Source: an uncultured archaeon
GTDB taxonomy: Archaea > Aenigmatarchaeota > Aenigmatarchaeia > QMZP01 > JACQNV01
Reading direction: 5' to 3'
NCBI GenBank assembly: GCA_964410585.1
Contig: CAYPFW010000001.1
Location: 192,001-256,000 of the forward strand
Length of the DNA: 64,000 bases
Shown here: in pieces, positions 40,301-47,631 of the stretch
Layout of the letters: each line of letters starts with the position of its first letter
Numbering within the stretch: position 1 is the first letter of the stretch
Notes under the pieces: model-generated
What the model saw: the letters and a program-made list of their open reading frames with translations, nothing else
Told to the model about the DNA's origin: nothing
The model's database searches: none
Position numbers and translations under genes: made by a program

Positions 40301-43300
40301 TCAATGTCACAGCATCAGATGATGATTTGATACACGGCGATAGTCTTACATATTCAGTAAACGATTCAAGATTCTCAATATCAAAGATAAACAACACTTT
40401 GGCATCTTTGAATTTTACTCCAACAAACTCTGACGTTGGCTCATTTGTTGTCCAAGTAAATGTGACAGACACACAAAGTGTAACAGACGCAAAAACTTTC
40501 ATAGTTAATGTTGCAAATGTAAACGATGCACCTGAATTCAATTCATCTACCTCATTAGCAAATGTTACTTTCAACGAAGATGGCTCTACATCACTTTCTT
40601 TGTCTCAGAGCTTCTTTGACATAGATGCAGGCGACAGTTTAACATATTCTGCTTCTGCAGTAGACAACATATCAGTTTCTATAAATCAAACAACAGGAGT
40701 TGCAACACTTGTCCCTAACCAAGATTTCTTTGGAACAAGGACAGTTACATTCAAAGCAACAGATTCACAGGGTGCAAATTCAACAGATTCAAATACAGTG
40801 ACAATAACGGTTAATCCAGTTAACGATGCACCTGTTTTATCAGCATCTGTCACAGATGTTTCATTCAATGAAGACGGTTCAAACAGCAGTCTAGATTTAT
40901 CTAACTTCTTCACTGATGTTGACAATACAACTCTGGTTTACACAGCAGATCCTGTTGCAAACTTAACTATGAATATAGTTGGTTCTCAGGTAAACATTTC
41001 AGCTGATCCAAATTTCAATGGCCAGAGAAATGTCACATTCACAGCATCTGATGGTGAGTACAATGTTTCAGATACAGTTTTAGTGACAGTGAATCCAGTA
41101 AACGATGCTCCAACTTCAACAACAATCCCAGATCAGAATATTACAGAGGATACAAACTTCACATTTGATATTTCTCAATACTTCTCTGATGTAGATGCAG
41201 ATTCTCTTACATTCAGTATAATATTGAATTCAACAAACATCTCAGCTTCAATAAATGGAAGTATTGTTACATTGGAACCAAATTCAAACTTCTTTGGAAC
41301 AAACACAATACAATTTAGGGCAAGCGATTCTCAACTAAGTGTAGATTCTAATACTGTCACACTAAATGTATCAGCAGTAAATGATGCTCCAACTGTTTTA
41401 GTCACACAACCAAATGGCGGAGAAATTTGGAATCAAAACCAAAACATAACATGGTCAGCTTCCGATGTTGAAAATGACCCACTTTCAGTAAGCATATTTG
41501 CTTCAAATGATTCAGGCTCAACATGGAACCAAATAGACACAGGCTTGGCTAATAGCGGTTTGTATATATGGAACACAACAAGCATCGCAGACGGATCATA
41601 TTTAATAAATGTGACTGTATCTGATGGTTCTCTTACAACATCTGATTTGTCTGATGGTTTGGTTACTGTAGATAATACAGCTCCAGATGTAAATGTTGCC
41701 TTGACAGGACACAACAACTTGTTCATTGCTACTCTATCCAATGGACCATATGATATACTAAATATGACATTTACTTCTAGTGAACCTGTTATATGGAAAA
41801 CACCTTCAGGGGGAAACGGAATAAACATATACACTTCAAATGGATCATTAGAAAAATCTTTCACTTCGAACTCTTTGAGCCAAACACTGTTCAAGCAAAT
41901 AGATTCAAGCACATTCTCTGGAGATGACGATATATACACAATAAATGTCACAACAACTGATCAGGCCGGTAATAGCCAAACACAAACTGTTGGGAATTTC
42001 ACTATCGACAACACACCACCATCAGTTAGCATCAGCGCATCTTCAACAACAATAAACGAAGGGGAATCAATTTTCTTCAATGGATCTTCAACAACAGATA
42101 GTTCAGCTGGTGTTGACGCATCTTCGTTTGTTTGGAACTTCGGCGATAGCCAATCAGCAACAGGACAAACAACCAATCACACATACTCACAAAATGGAAC
42201 CTATACAGTGAGATTGAATGTCACAGACAATGTTGGAAACACAGGAACAAACACAATTGTTGTCACAGTAAATGATTTAGCTCCTACATCATCTTTCACA
42301 TTTAGCCCTTCAACAGGAATATTTGAAAACACAACAACTGTACAGTTCAATTCAACATCAACAGGATATGATACACCTCTGACATATTTCTGGGACTTTG
42401 GTGATTTATCAACTTCAACACAGGAGAACCCAACACACGTTTTTGCAAACAATGGAACATACACAGTAAACCTAACTGTGACAGATGCAGATGGATCGAC
42501 AAACACAAGTTCGCAAACTGTATCAGTGAGTGACACAGGTCCCTCAGTTTCAATATCTGGAACAGCATCTACATTCGTAGCCTCAACAGCATCATACAGT
42601 GCTTCTGGTTCAACTGGTTCAGACCAGCCATTCACATATGAGTGGGATTTCAACTACACAGGAAGCTTTGATTCAGAACAAAACACAGGAACAACATCTT
42701 CAGTTGATCACACATTCAGCTCAACAGGCACATTTACAATCGCAGTGCGTGTGACAGATTCAGACGGATCCCAAAACATATCTTCAATGTCAACAACTGT
42801 CCAACCTGAGCAAACACACGACATAGTTGTAAATTCAGTTACATACAACAAAGCAGATTCAACTGTTTACATAGGAGACCAAGTAACTGTGTCAGCAAGT
42901 GTATCAAACATAGGAAATTTCAATGAAAGCGTTACTCTAAGATTATTTAATGGTGGAACAATAGATACAGAAACAGTTTCAATAACAAAGGGAGAAACAA
43001 AAACAGTCAACTTTACTTGGACACCTAGCTCAGAAAGCGGCGGAACAATTTTGAGAGTCGAAGCTCTTCCAGTTTCAGGAGAAACACAGCTTGGCGACAA
43101 TTTGGCTACAGTACAGGGCTCGCCTATACCTGTTAGATCTGTTGTGCAAAATGTAAACTTAACATTTGTTTCGGCAACAAACTTCCCTAAACCAAGTTCT
43201 TCTGGAAGTGAGACACAAAATCCATTCTTCGTTTGGGTAAAAATAGAAAACTTAAATGGATTTGACTTGAATGATTTAGTTTTGACAATAGGAAATGAAA

Positions 43301-43485
43301 CTCTAACTGTGAATACAAACCAAGACGGATCAACAAGCACAACAAAAACATACGACCCACTTGCAGCTGGACAATCAACATCTTTCTGGTGGAAATTAAA
43401 CGCCGCATCTGGAACACATAATATTACAGCAAGAATTGGCAATGTTGGTGATAGAGTCGAGATTTCAAGAATAGTGACTGTCTAA
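31324..43485 (+). CDS. Giant surface adhesin-like protein (about 4050 aa): PKD, cadherin-like/He_PIG, tandem-95-like, Ig-like and CARDB-like domains
   Basis: Signal peptide; WDFGDG PKD motifs; many 'PSGMTINSTTGLISWTP..QVG' repeats; 'VNDAP' linkers; very many NxS/T sequons. Confidence 0.88.
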   Translation: MSQKSNSSTRVAYIFLALLVFGLIAGAVAYPVQINISSNQAGFTTTTIVCGDPSCSSYTNSRQDIPTLTNSNGYSISGSGKVNYMELDYKACYLPHMYRLQMTDATTNGPYSVTRNFNQKSDCTSTVNTVQASNPSPFEKTTIQISTNVQGAVSFPKDANGNQFDFSMVSIPSDIKDFYDTKTKVVLKIKDSQGSVIYTSPEKEAYPLVNKSETVVFDYTPQIDGPFTAEIETQVTDCMCTSTQPITSSPVSFSVQDTDPVASFSFGTVIEGQDAQFTDTSTSNDGLTWEWNFGDGTALDTRQNPTHRFSKGGAHQVTLTVREADGDSNPKTQIVDVQNVNDNPIITATINPITLNEDFGTHEVVDLTTLESDEEDGPASDANNLRWSVVSVSDPSLIDVSIDVGSEKLSLVSKQDKFGTATVTLKLSDSQSGETTTSFNVQVNQQAETQGSTTTNTQVSADSVFTNSQGTNSNIQSSTVTGSTIIDSTVTNSNVQDSFIDPSTVSGSTIIRSRIVNSQVTNSNITDSNITNMQVSNAVVTNNVLQSGTIVYNGQTYTGSISLAEIQNTAPVSTQTVTQISWNEDSSDSSLNLNTQFSDPEGQTLSFSKTDPSNIQVSISANGQVTFTPDTNFNGQRSAQFTATDIFGKTVSISVTLNVISQNDQLSITTTAPTTGSQGLLYTYDIDASDIDGDQLTFTLQAGAPTGMTINPSTGLIQWTPTNNQVGNNQVTVLVSDGSTPIQQQFTISVSNANDAPSLSAISNQNIAEDSTLQFNVSADDPDLVYGDSLTYSINDSRFTITKISNTLATVSFSPTNSEVGTISVSVTVKDSQDLTITKTFSVLVSNTNDLPVLADVSNQNVLEDSTLQFNLTASDDDLIHGDSLTYTVNDSRFTVNKISNTLATVSFSPINSDVGTFSVQATVTDSSGQTSKKTFTVTVVNTNDAPTVTVLEPNGGELWNGIRQIKWTASDVDVGDILLVDIFTSVDGQVFQVLAENETNDGEFDWNTDQSSDSTNHKVRIEIKDGTTTVSDDSDSAFSLDNSVPNTVFASPNAGNYTSHQNITVTATDPNLQTISIYVNGLLASSSSTSPLVYLLTDGNHSVYAKANDTLGNSVQTETRNIFIDSVVPSVSFISPTPSTGLFANQNQTINITGTDNNLASVGITFVGEGSGGSGGGSGGSGASVGVSVNPGETTKTLSTTLSDGNYTYFGTARDILENNAQTETRTLFIDTINPTIQFENPTPANLATTNSNQIINVSGSDTNLVSIEIFVDGTLKNTCTSNLCSYSIDVSQLSDGPHTFNATIIDIVGSKTSTETRTLVVDKTAPSIQFVSPTPSDLSGVSGTKIINVTASDLSAFNIVIYIDGQNVTTCSSSLCSFEWNTTTFADGSHSINATSSDNVGNQNSTETRTFTIDNTAPSISLVSPANDTLSNSQTQNFIFAASDAIYTSVSCNLYINNNLSGSNSSVQSGVNTTITNTSVPEGTNTWYVQCADALGNTNTSEMRTLKTDYTSPQISSHSFSGLFPLTGVSDGGYFSPANTDGQFDSVSLTVNTSEEVIFGPQSIQIVNSSGQVVNSFDGPGETSRSILRTWFGNDSVGNILPDGEYTINITFTDLAGNTKTEILKNLEAVNDLFIIDNTPVNVILGNDRTVNEGALQTFDGSNSTDTGSEINTSSFVWNFGDSQSATGQTANHTYSQNGTYTVRLNVTDNVGNTGTNTIVVTVNDLAPTSSFTFSPSTGIFENTTTVQFNSTSTGYDTPLTYFWDFGDLSTSTQENPTHVFANNGTYTVNLTVTDADGSTNTSSQTLNILDNSPTANAGPDQTVNEGSIVFFDGSNSTSSPDSISSYFWDFGDGTNSTGQSVNHTYVNNNTYTVTLTVTDSDGSTNSDTLQVAVNDLGPTANFTWSPEPQDEDLPVQFNDTSTFVADNIVSWSWNFGDGSPINTTQNPTHVYGNQNTTRIFQVTLTIIDSDGSISSKSSNITINAVNDPPVVSTIPSIIFNEDSFNDSLVLSSFVSDVDNSVSEINWSSSPTQNLTISIDNTTKRLNVSAAPNWFGNETIVLTATDGQNQTQSNTITVIANSVNDAPVISTTAQTSATEDSLYSYDVNATDVESDTLLFTLESAPSGMTIDSSTGIISWTPNNTQVGSNNVSVQVSDGNSGIGEQNFTIVVANNAPIISNPGTQSATEDSQFSIDINSTDENEGLVFSLISPPSGMSINSTTGLISWTPTNTQVGTTTLNVSVDDAHGGTATTTFDINAGNNPTTITTNATTTATEDTLYTYDVNSTDEGQGDFFNLTTFPQGMTIDNSTGLISWTPLNNQVGSNNVEVEVDDGKGGSDTQAFSISVSNNPPLIATTALTSSTEDSLYEYDVNSTDEGQGLVYSLTTSPSGMTINQTTGMITWTPINSQVGINSVTVLANDTKSGTTTQSYSLIVSNNPPVFTSTAPTTATEDSEYLYDANSTDEGDGATFSLTTSPAGMTINSTTGLVNWTPLNNQVGSNSVVIRVNDGKGGQKSQSFSISVSNNPPTITSSAALNATEDSLYTYDVNSTDDGQGTITYSLALSPSGMTIDSSTGLISWTPLNNQVGTNNVSVQVSDGNSGVGEQNFTITVSNTNPTISSTASTTATENIQYTYDVNSTDDGQGTISYSLLSSVFGMSINQSTGLISWTPINTQVGPNNVSIQVSDGNGGTDTQNFTIVVANSNPTITSSPVVSVTEDSLYTYDVNSDEDGEGAISYLLLLLPSGMSINSTTGVITWTPTNEYVGPNNVSVQVSDGNGGVGEQNFTIVVANNPPIISDPGIQSATEDSLFTIDINSTDEGQGLLFYLESAPTGMTINETTGSVSWTPLNNQVGLNTVNVSVNDWQGGVSSLTFDINVLNNAPLITTNATISGVEDSLYTYDVNSTDEGQGATYNLTTFPQGMTIDNSTGLISWTPLNNQVGSNNVEVEVDDGNGGTNTQTFSISVSNTNDNPVLSTIPTQNTTEDVLYQFNVTASDDDLIHGDSLTYSVNDSRFSISKINNTLASLNFTPTNSDVGSFVVQVNVTDTQSVTDAKTFIVNVANVNDAPEFNSSTSLANVTFNEDGSTSLSLSQSFFDIDAGDSLTYSASAVDNISVSINQTTGVATLVPNQDFFGTRTVTFKATDSQGANSTDSNTVTITVNPVNDAPVLSASVTDVSFNEDGSNSSLDLSNFFTDVDNTTLVYTADPVANLTMNIVGSQVNISADPNFNGQRNVTFTASDGEYNVSDTVLVTVNPVNDAPTSTTIPDQNITEDTNFTFDISQYFSDVDADSLTFSIILNSTNISASINGSIVTLEPNSNFFGTNTIQFRASDSQLSVDSNTVTLNVSAVNDAPTVLVTQPNGGEIWNQNQNITWSASDVENDPLSVSIFASNDSGSTWNQIDTGLANSGLYIWNTTSIADGSYLINVTVSDGSLTTSDLSDGLVTVDNTAPDVNVALTGHNNLFIATLSNGPYDILNMTFTSSEPVIWKTPSGGNGINIYTSNGSLEKSFTSNSLSQTLFKQIDSSTFSGDDDIYTINVTTTDQAGNSQTQTVGNFTIDNTPPSVSISASSTTINEGESIFFNGSSTTDSSAGVDASSFVWNFGDSQSATGQTTNHTYSQNGTYTVRLNVTDNVGNTGTNTIVVTVNDLAPTSSFTFSPSTGIFENTTTVQFNSTSTGYDTPLTYFWDFGDLSTSTQENPTHVFANNGTYTVNLTVTDADGSTNTSSQTVSVSDTGPSVSISGTASTFVASTASYSASGSTGSDQPFTYEWDFNYTGSFDSEQNTGTTSSVDHTFSSTGTFTIAVRVTDSDGSQNISSMSTTVQPEQTHDIVVNSVTYNKADSTVYIGDQVTVSASVSNIGNFNESVTLRLFNGGTIDTETVSITKGETKTVNFTWTPSSESGGTILRVEALPVSGETQLGDNLATVQGSPIPVRSVVQNVNLTFVSATNFPKPSSSGSETQNPFFVWVKIENLNGFDLNDLVLTIGNETLTVNTNQDGSTSTTKTYDPLAAGQSTSFWWKLNAASGTHNITARIGNVGDRVEISRIVTV
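36361..36743 (+). repeat. 383-bp intragenic direct repeat, copy 1 (copy 2 at 42133-42515)
   Basis: Near-identical by eye (about 3 mismatches); encodes parts of two PKD domains. Confidence 0.9.
38221..38324 (+). repeat. 104-bp identical intragenic repeat (second copy 40078-40181)
   Basis: ACAACTTTCCCACAAGG...GTTGAAGTAGA identical at both sites. Confidence 0.85.
42133..42515 (+). repeat. 383-bp intragenic direct repeat, copy 2
   Basis: Offset 5772 bp from copy 1. Confidence 0.9.
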
Positions 43486-43525
43486 TAGTATATTTAAGGC
43501 AGGTAAATAATAATATAAATTAAAT

Positions 43526-45448
43526 ATGAAAAATATTTTGAGTTTGGCAGTGGGCTTGATGCTCATATTATCTTTTGGTTTTGTTAGTGTAAACGCTCTT
43601 TCATGTTCAGATGTTACTTTTGATTATTCTCCATCAAATTTGGAAGCAAATTCAGCCTTTTCACTAAGGATAGCAAACAATAATCCTCCGGCACCTGATG
43701 ATGCATGGGGAGATTTTGTAAGCGCAAATTTGACATTGTCTTCAGGCCTATCAACAACAAGCTCTCTAGACGTTGATTTAACACCTTCAATAGTTAGCAC
43801 CCCATACAGCTGGACAAACATAGTAGCAAATTCAACTGGTTCATTTACCTCAACGGTAACATTAACAAATGCAACAGGCTCTTGTTCAATAAATCAGAAT
43901 CTTAATGTAGGTCCAGTTACAAATCCCAATTTAACTCTTTCTTCTACTCTTAGTAATTCAACGCCAGTAATAAACTCCCCATACACACTTACTGTAAATG
44001 TATCGAACACAGGAAATGAAAACGCAACATCAATAGTTATTACGGTTTCTGCTGGCGGAAATTCTACTATTACACCTTCTTCAAGATCTATTTCAAATCT
44101 ACAAAATGGATCTAGTGAAAATGTAACATTTACTATCAACTCTCCTTCGTCTGGAACAAACATACAAATCACAACAACTGCAACATACAAAGATACTTCA
44201 AGTGTTTCAATGACAGACTCTACAACTTCCACAACAGTTAATGTGTCAGGACATCCTTTCACAGCAAACCAATCTAAAGTAATAGATGTTCAAGCTATTG
44301 CATCTGCTATTTTAACTATAACTACAAACACAACCACAGATCTAACAGAGTTTACAATAAGCAATTCGTCTTCAAATTCAGTTTCAGCACCTTCTGGAAA
44401 ACTTGCCGCAGGAAGATATTTAACAGTAACTCTTCCTTCTTCATTTAGCTCAACACTTGAAACAACATACCTAAAAATTTATTATCAACAATCAGAAATA
44501 TCATCAAACAATATAAATGAAAATTCACTAGAAGTCAGAAAGCTTGTATCAGGCAATTGGGGAAGTCCTCTTACAGTTATTTCAAGAGATATAACAAACA
44601 ACTTTATAGAAGTCAGCACATCAGGATTTTCAACATTTGGTCTATTCGGTGATACAAATCCATCTTCTTCAAACAATAATCAGAATAGCGGAAGTGGAAA
44701 TACAAACTCTGGAACAACATCTAGTGGAACTACACTTGCAAAACAATGTGCAGAGGCTGATTATTCTTGCTCATCTTGGACAGCGTGCACATCAGGTTCA
44801 CAGACAAGAACATGTTCAAAGAAAACAGGCGTATCTTGTACAGGAGATGCGACACCTGTAACAGCTCAAACATGCTCATTGACATGTACTCCTGACTGGG
44901 AGTGTACAGATTGGTCTGTTTGCTCTTCTTCAGGCTCTCAAACAAGATCATGTTCGGATAGAAAAGGTTGTGGTGTGAGCTCAGGAAAACCACACGAATC
45001 GCAAACATGTGGAGCCCCTAAATCGGAAGTGATAAGCTTCGATGGTGGTTTAACAGGTTTCTTAGTTTCGCCTCCTATCCTACAATACAAAGCATCTGAA
45101 GGAGCATCTACTGTCTTTAAAGTAGATAACTCAGATCACACACTAACTGTTAAACAGGTCAAATCAGATTCAGTTATTTTGGTGATACAGTCAGATCCTG
45201 TTGAAATTGAAGTCAAAGCTGGAGAATCAAAATCAGTTAATATAGACGCTGATCCTGAAAATGATATAACTGTCAGAATAAACTCAATTGAAAATGGTGT
45301 TGTCTTATTGACTGTTGATAAGGTATCTAACACAAACACAGAAACAGGAATTGGAGTTATTGTAATTGTTCTAGTCGCAGTTATTGGCTTTTATTTAACT
45401 AAAAGAAAAAAAGAAACATGGAAATTTGAAACTAAGCAAGCAAAATAA
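43526..45448 (+). CDS. Membrane-anchored surface glycoprotein (CARDB-like, PGF-pre-PGF-like, Cys-rich W..C repeats)
   Basis: Signal peptide; 'GFSTFGLFG'; 'CTPDWECTDWSVC...QTRSC'; C-terminal TM plus basic tail. Confidence 0.78.
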   Translation: MKNILSLAVGLMLILSFGFVSVNALSCSDVTFDYSPSNLEANSAFSLRIANNNPPAPDDAWGDFVSANLTLSSGLSTTSSLDVDLTPSIVSTPYSWTNIVANSTGSFTSTVTLTNATGSCSINQNLNVGPVTNPNLTLSSTLSNSTPVINSPYTLTVNVSNTGNENATSIVITVSAGGNSTITPSSRSISNLQNGSSENVTFTINSPSSGTNIQITTTATYKDTSSVSMTDSTTSTTVNVSGHPFTANQSKVIDVQAIASAILTITTNTTTDLTEFTISNSSSNSVSAPSGKLAAGRYLTVTLPSSFSSTLETTYLKIYYQQSEISSNNINENSLEVRKLVSGNWGSPLTVISRDITNNFIEVSTSGFSTFGLFGDTNPSSSNNNQNSGSGNTNSGTTSSGTTLAKQCAEADYSCSSWTACTSGSQTRTCSKKTGVSCTGDATPVTAQTCSLTCTPDWECTDWSVCSSSGSQTRSCSDRKGCGVSSGKPHESQTCGAPKSEVISFDGGLTGFLVSPPILQYKASEGASTVFKVDNSDHTLTVKQVKSDSVILVIQSDPVEIEVKAGESKSVNIDADPENDITVRINSIENGVVLLTVDKVSNTNTETGIGVIVIVLVAVIGFYLTKRKKETWKFETKQAK

Positions 45449-45505
45449 ATCTCTTTTCAATTTTCATTATGTTCTAAATTTCCCATTTTATCAAATATAT
45501 AGGTT

Positions 45506-45985
45506 TCAAGGCAATCTAATCTCAGAAAGCAGACTTATGTATTTATGTAGCCTGTTCAATTCACTTTCTAGGATTTCCAAAGTTTTTTTTGTGTTTTCTG
45601 TCTGTTCGCCCTTCATTTTTGAAAGCTGGTCTTTTGCTGCCTCAAAATCTATTAGAGACTCTTTTATACTTTTTTCAACTTTTAGAGTGATTGCATTTTT
45701 CAAGCATTCCAAAAGGTCACCTGCAAGAGAAATATACAATTGTCTATCGCCTTCTTTTTTAACCCTTTTTATCACACTAAGAAGTTCGAGAAGATCCAAG
45801 CTTAGAGAAACCATGCCAGCTGAATATCCTGTTTCTTTTGCAAGCTCCTGTAAGGACACTGGCTTTCCTTTGACCAGAAGGACACCTATTAGCTTCCCGT
45901 GCAAAGGTGAATAACCAATAGACCGCGCAACCTCTGCGAATGTGTTGAAAATCTTCCTCTCTATATCTTTTTCAGGGCTTGTCAT
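45506..45985 (-). CDS. GbsR/MarR-family HTH regulator
   Basis: 'G.S..HGKLIG.L....PVSLQELA.ETGYS..MVS.SL..L' and 'GDRQLY'. Confidence 0.85.
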   Translation of the reverse strand: MTSPEKDIERKIFNTFAEVARSIGYSPLHGKLIGVLLVKGKPVSLQELAKETGYSAGMVSLSLDLLELLSVIKRVKKEGDRQLYISLAGDLLECLKNAITLKVEKSIKESLIDFEAAKDQLSKMKGEQTENTKKTLEILESELNRLHKYISLLSEIRLP

Positions 45986-46800
45986 ATTTTAAATAATTGT
46001 TTGGCATTTGAATAGAAAACCTTTTCCCAATGTTGTTTTGGGACGACTTTTTTTATTATTTCTATATAGTCTTTCATTTTCACCAATGGCCAATCTGAAC
46101 CGTAAATTATTTTGTTAAATGCACAAGAAAAATTAAAGACAAAATCCATATCTAATTTCAGATAGTCTATGTTCATTTTTTTCACGTCACCTATGACAAG
46201 TCCTGAAATATCTGTATAGACATTTTGATTTTTGTATATGATTTCTGCGGCATCTCTTATCCACGGATTTCCTAAATGAGCAATTACAAAATTCACGCCA
46301 GGATTATCAACGGCTAATTCATCGATAATAAATGGGTGGGAATATTTTAATTTTGGTGGAGAAAGTTGTATAGAGGGCGACATCCAGACATCACCAGAAT
46401 GTATAATTACAGGGGCCTTGTATTTTTCAGCCAACTTATAGAAAGGTTTGTATATTTCATCAGTTGGATAATAGTGTGTATATCCTGGATAAATCTTCAT
46501 TCCAATGGCTGTTCTTTCTGACAATGCTTTTTCAGTAAGTAAAATTTCTTTTTTTCCACATTTAACTGGGTTTAATCCAACTACTATTTCTAGACTATCT
46601 AATTCGTGTTTTTGTCTCAGTGCTAATTCAAGTTTCATTGGGGTTGGATCTCTAAATTTCTCGCTCGATGTTATAGAAATTGCTTTTACAACATTATTTA
46701 ATTTTAGCTCCTGTCTAAAATCTTCTATAGAAAAGGGTTTATTTTCAGGACTTCCATCAGCCCCAAAGGTTGTATGCATATGAGCATCTATAATTTTCAT
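45982..46800 (-). CDS. Amidohydrolase_2-family metal-dependent hydrolase
   Basis: IIDAHMH, GMKIYPG, IIHSG, AHLG, YGSDWP, NAKQLF. Confidence 0.9.
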   Translation of the reverse strand: MKIIDAHMHTTFGADGSPENKPFSIEDFRQELKLNNVVKAISITSSEKFRDPTPMKLELALRQKHELDSLEIVVGLNPVKCGKKEILLTEKALSERTAIGMKIYPGYTHYYPTDEIYKPFYKLAEKYKAPVIIHSGDVWMSPSIQLSPPKLKYSHPFIIDELAVDNPGVNFVIAHLGNPWIRDAAEIIYKNQNVYTDISGLVIGDVKKMNIDYLKLDMDFVFNFSCAFNKIIYGSDWPLVKMKDYIEIIKKVVPKQHWEKVFYSNAKQLFKI

Positions 46801-46806
46801 AGTAGG

Positions 46807-47169
46807 TTATTGTTTCCTTATTTTATTAATTGCAGTATAGATTATGGCTCCGATAAAAGAGCCTATTACGTCAAAAACTACATCAAAAATATCAGCAAAT
46901 CTCCCCGGAACAAGCGATTGGTGAAATTCATCTGAGAGGCCGTATACAAAACCAATGACTAGTGTGAATAGTATTAATTTTTTCCTCGAACTTATATTTG
47001 ATTTGTTTAAACCAAACACCAAAAACAATCCAAGAACCAAGTAAATGGCAACATGTTTCCAATAGCCAAAAGGATCAAAACCAAAAGGATCTGTAACTTT
47101 AGGTAGGGAAGAAAAATAAAAAATCAAAGCCATCCAAAAAACAGCTGGGATCCAGTACTTTATTTTCAT
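46807..47169 (-). CDS. VanZ-family membrane protein
   Basis: 'WMALIFYFSS', 'YGLSDEFHQSLVPGR.AD..D'. Confidence 0.88.
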   Translation of the reverse strand: MKIKYWIPAVFWMALIFYFSSLPKVTDPFGFDPFGYWKHVAIYLVLGLFLVFGLNKSNISSRKKLILFTLVIGFVYGLSDEFHQSLVPGRFADIFDVVFDVIGSFIGAIIYTAINKIRKQ

Positions 47170-47579
47170 AGGGGCACAATTGCTACATCATTAGAGCAGT
47201 TTTCACATTTGTAATTATATAGTTTTATCTTGTGACCCCTTTCACATTTTTGTGTCTTCCTAAGATCGCCTTTTCTCTTGAGTGTAAGAGATTTTAGTTT
47301 TAGTTTGTTTTTGGATTCTTCTAAATCACTAAAACTTTTGAATTTTTTCTTCCAGAAATTTTTTGGAAATTCCCAATATTCGTCTTTTTCAATGTCCATG
47401 AAAAAGCTTTGGCACTTTTCACAAACTTTGAGTTCGGGGATTATAAAAGCTGACCTCATTTTGCTTCCAACCCTAAAGGAAAAGCGGGGAGTGTTGATAA
47501 AATGGGATAATTTACATTGATAGCACCTAAGAATTGTTGGATTTGTCTTGTCTTTTCGCAAAACCAGAAGCTTGCCCAT
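47166..47579 (-). CDS. Hypothetical Cys-rich basic protein
   Basis: CYQC, CEKC, CERGH, CENC; overlaps vanZ start by 4 nt. Confidence 0.55.
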   Translation of the reverse strand: MGKLLVLRKDKTNPTILRCYQCKLSHFINTPRFSFRVGSKMRSAFIIPELKVCEKCQSFFMDIEKDEYWEFPKNFWKKKFKSFSDLEESKNKLKLKSLTLKRKGDLRKTQKCERGHKIKLYNYKCENCSNDVAIVPL

Positions 47580-47631
47580 ATGGTAATATTGTTTTTGGAT
47601 GGTTTAAATACATTTGACACAAAATATACTA

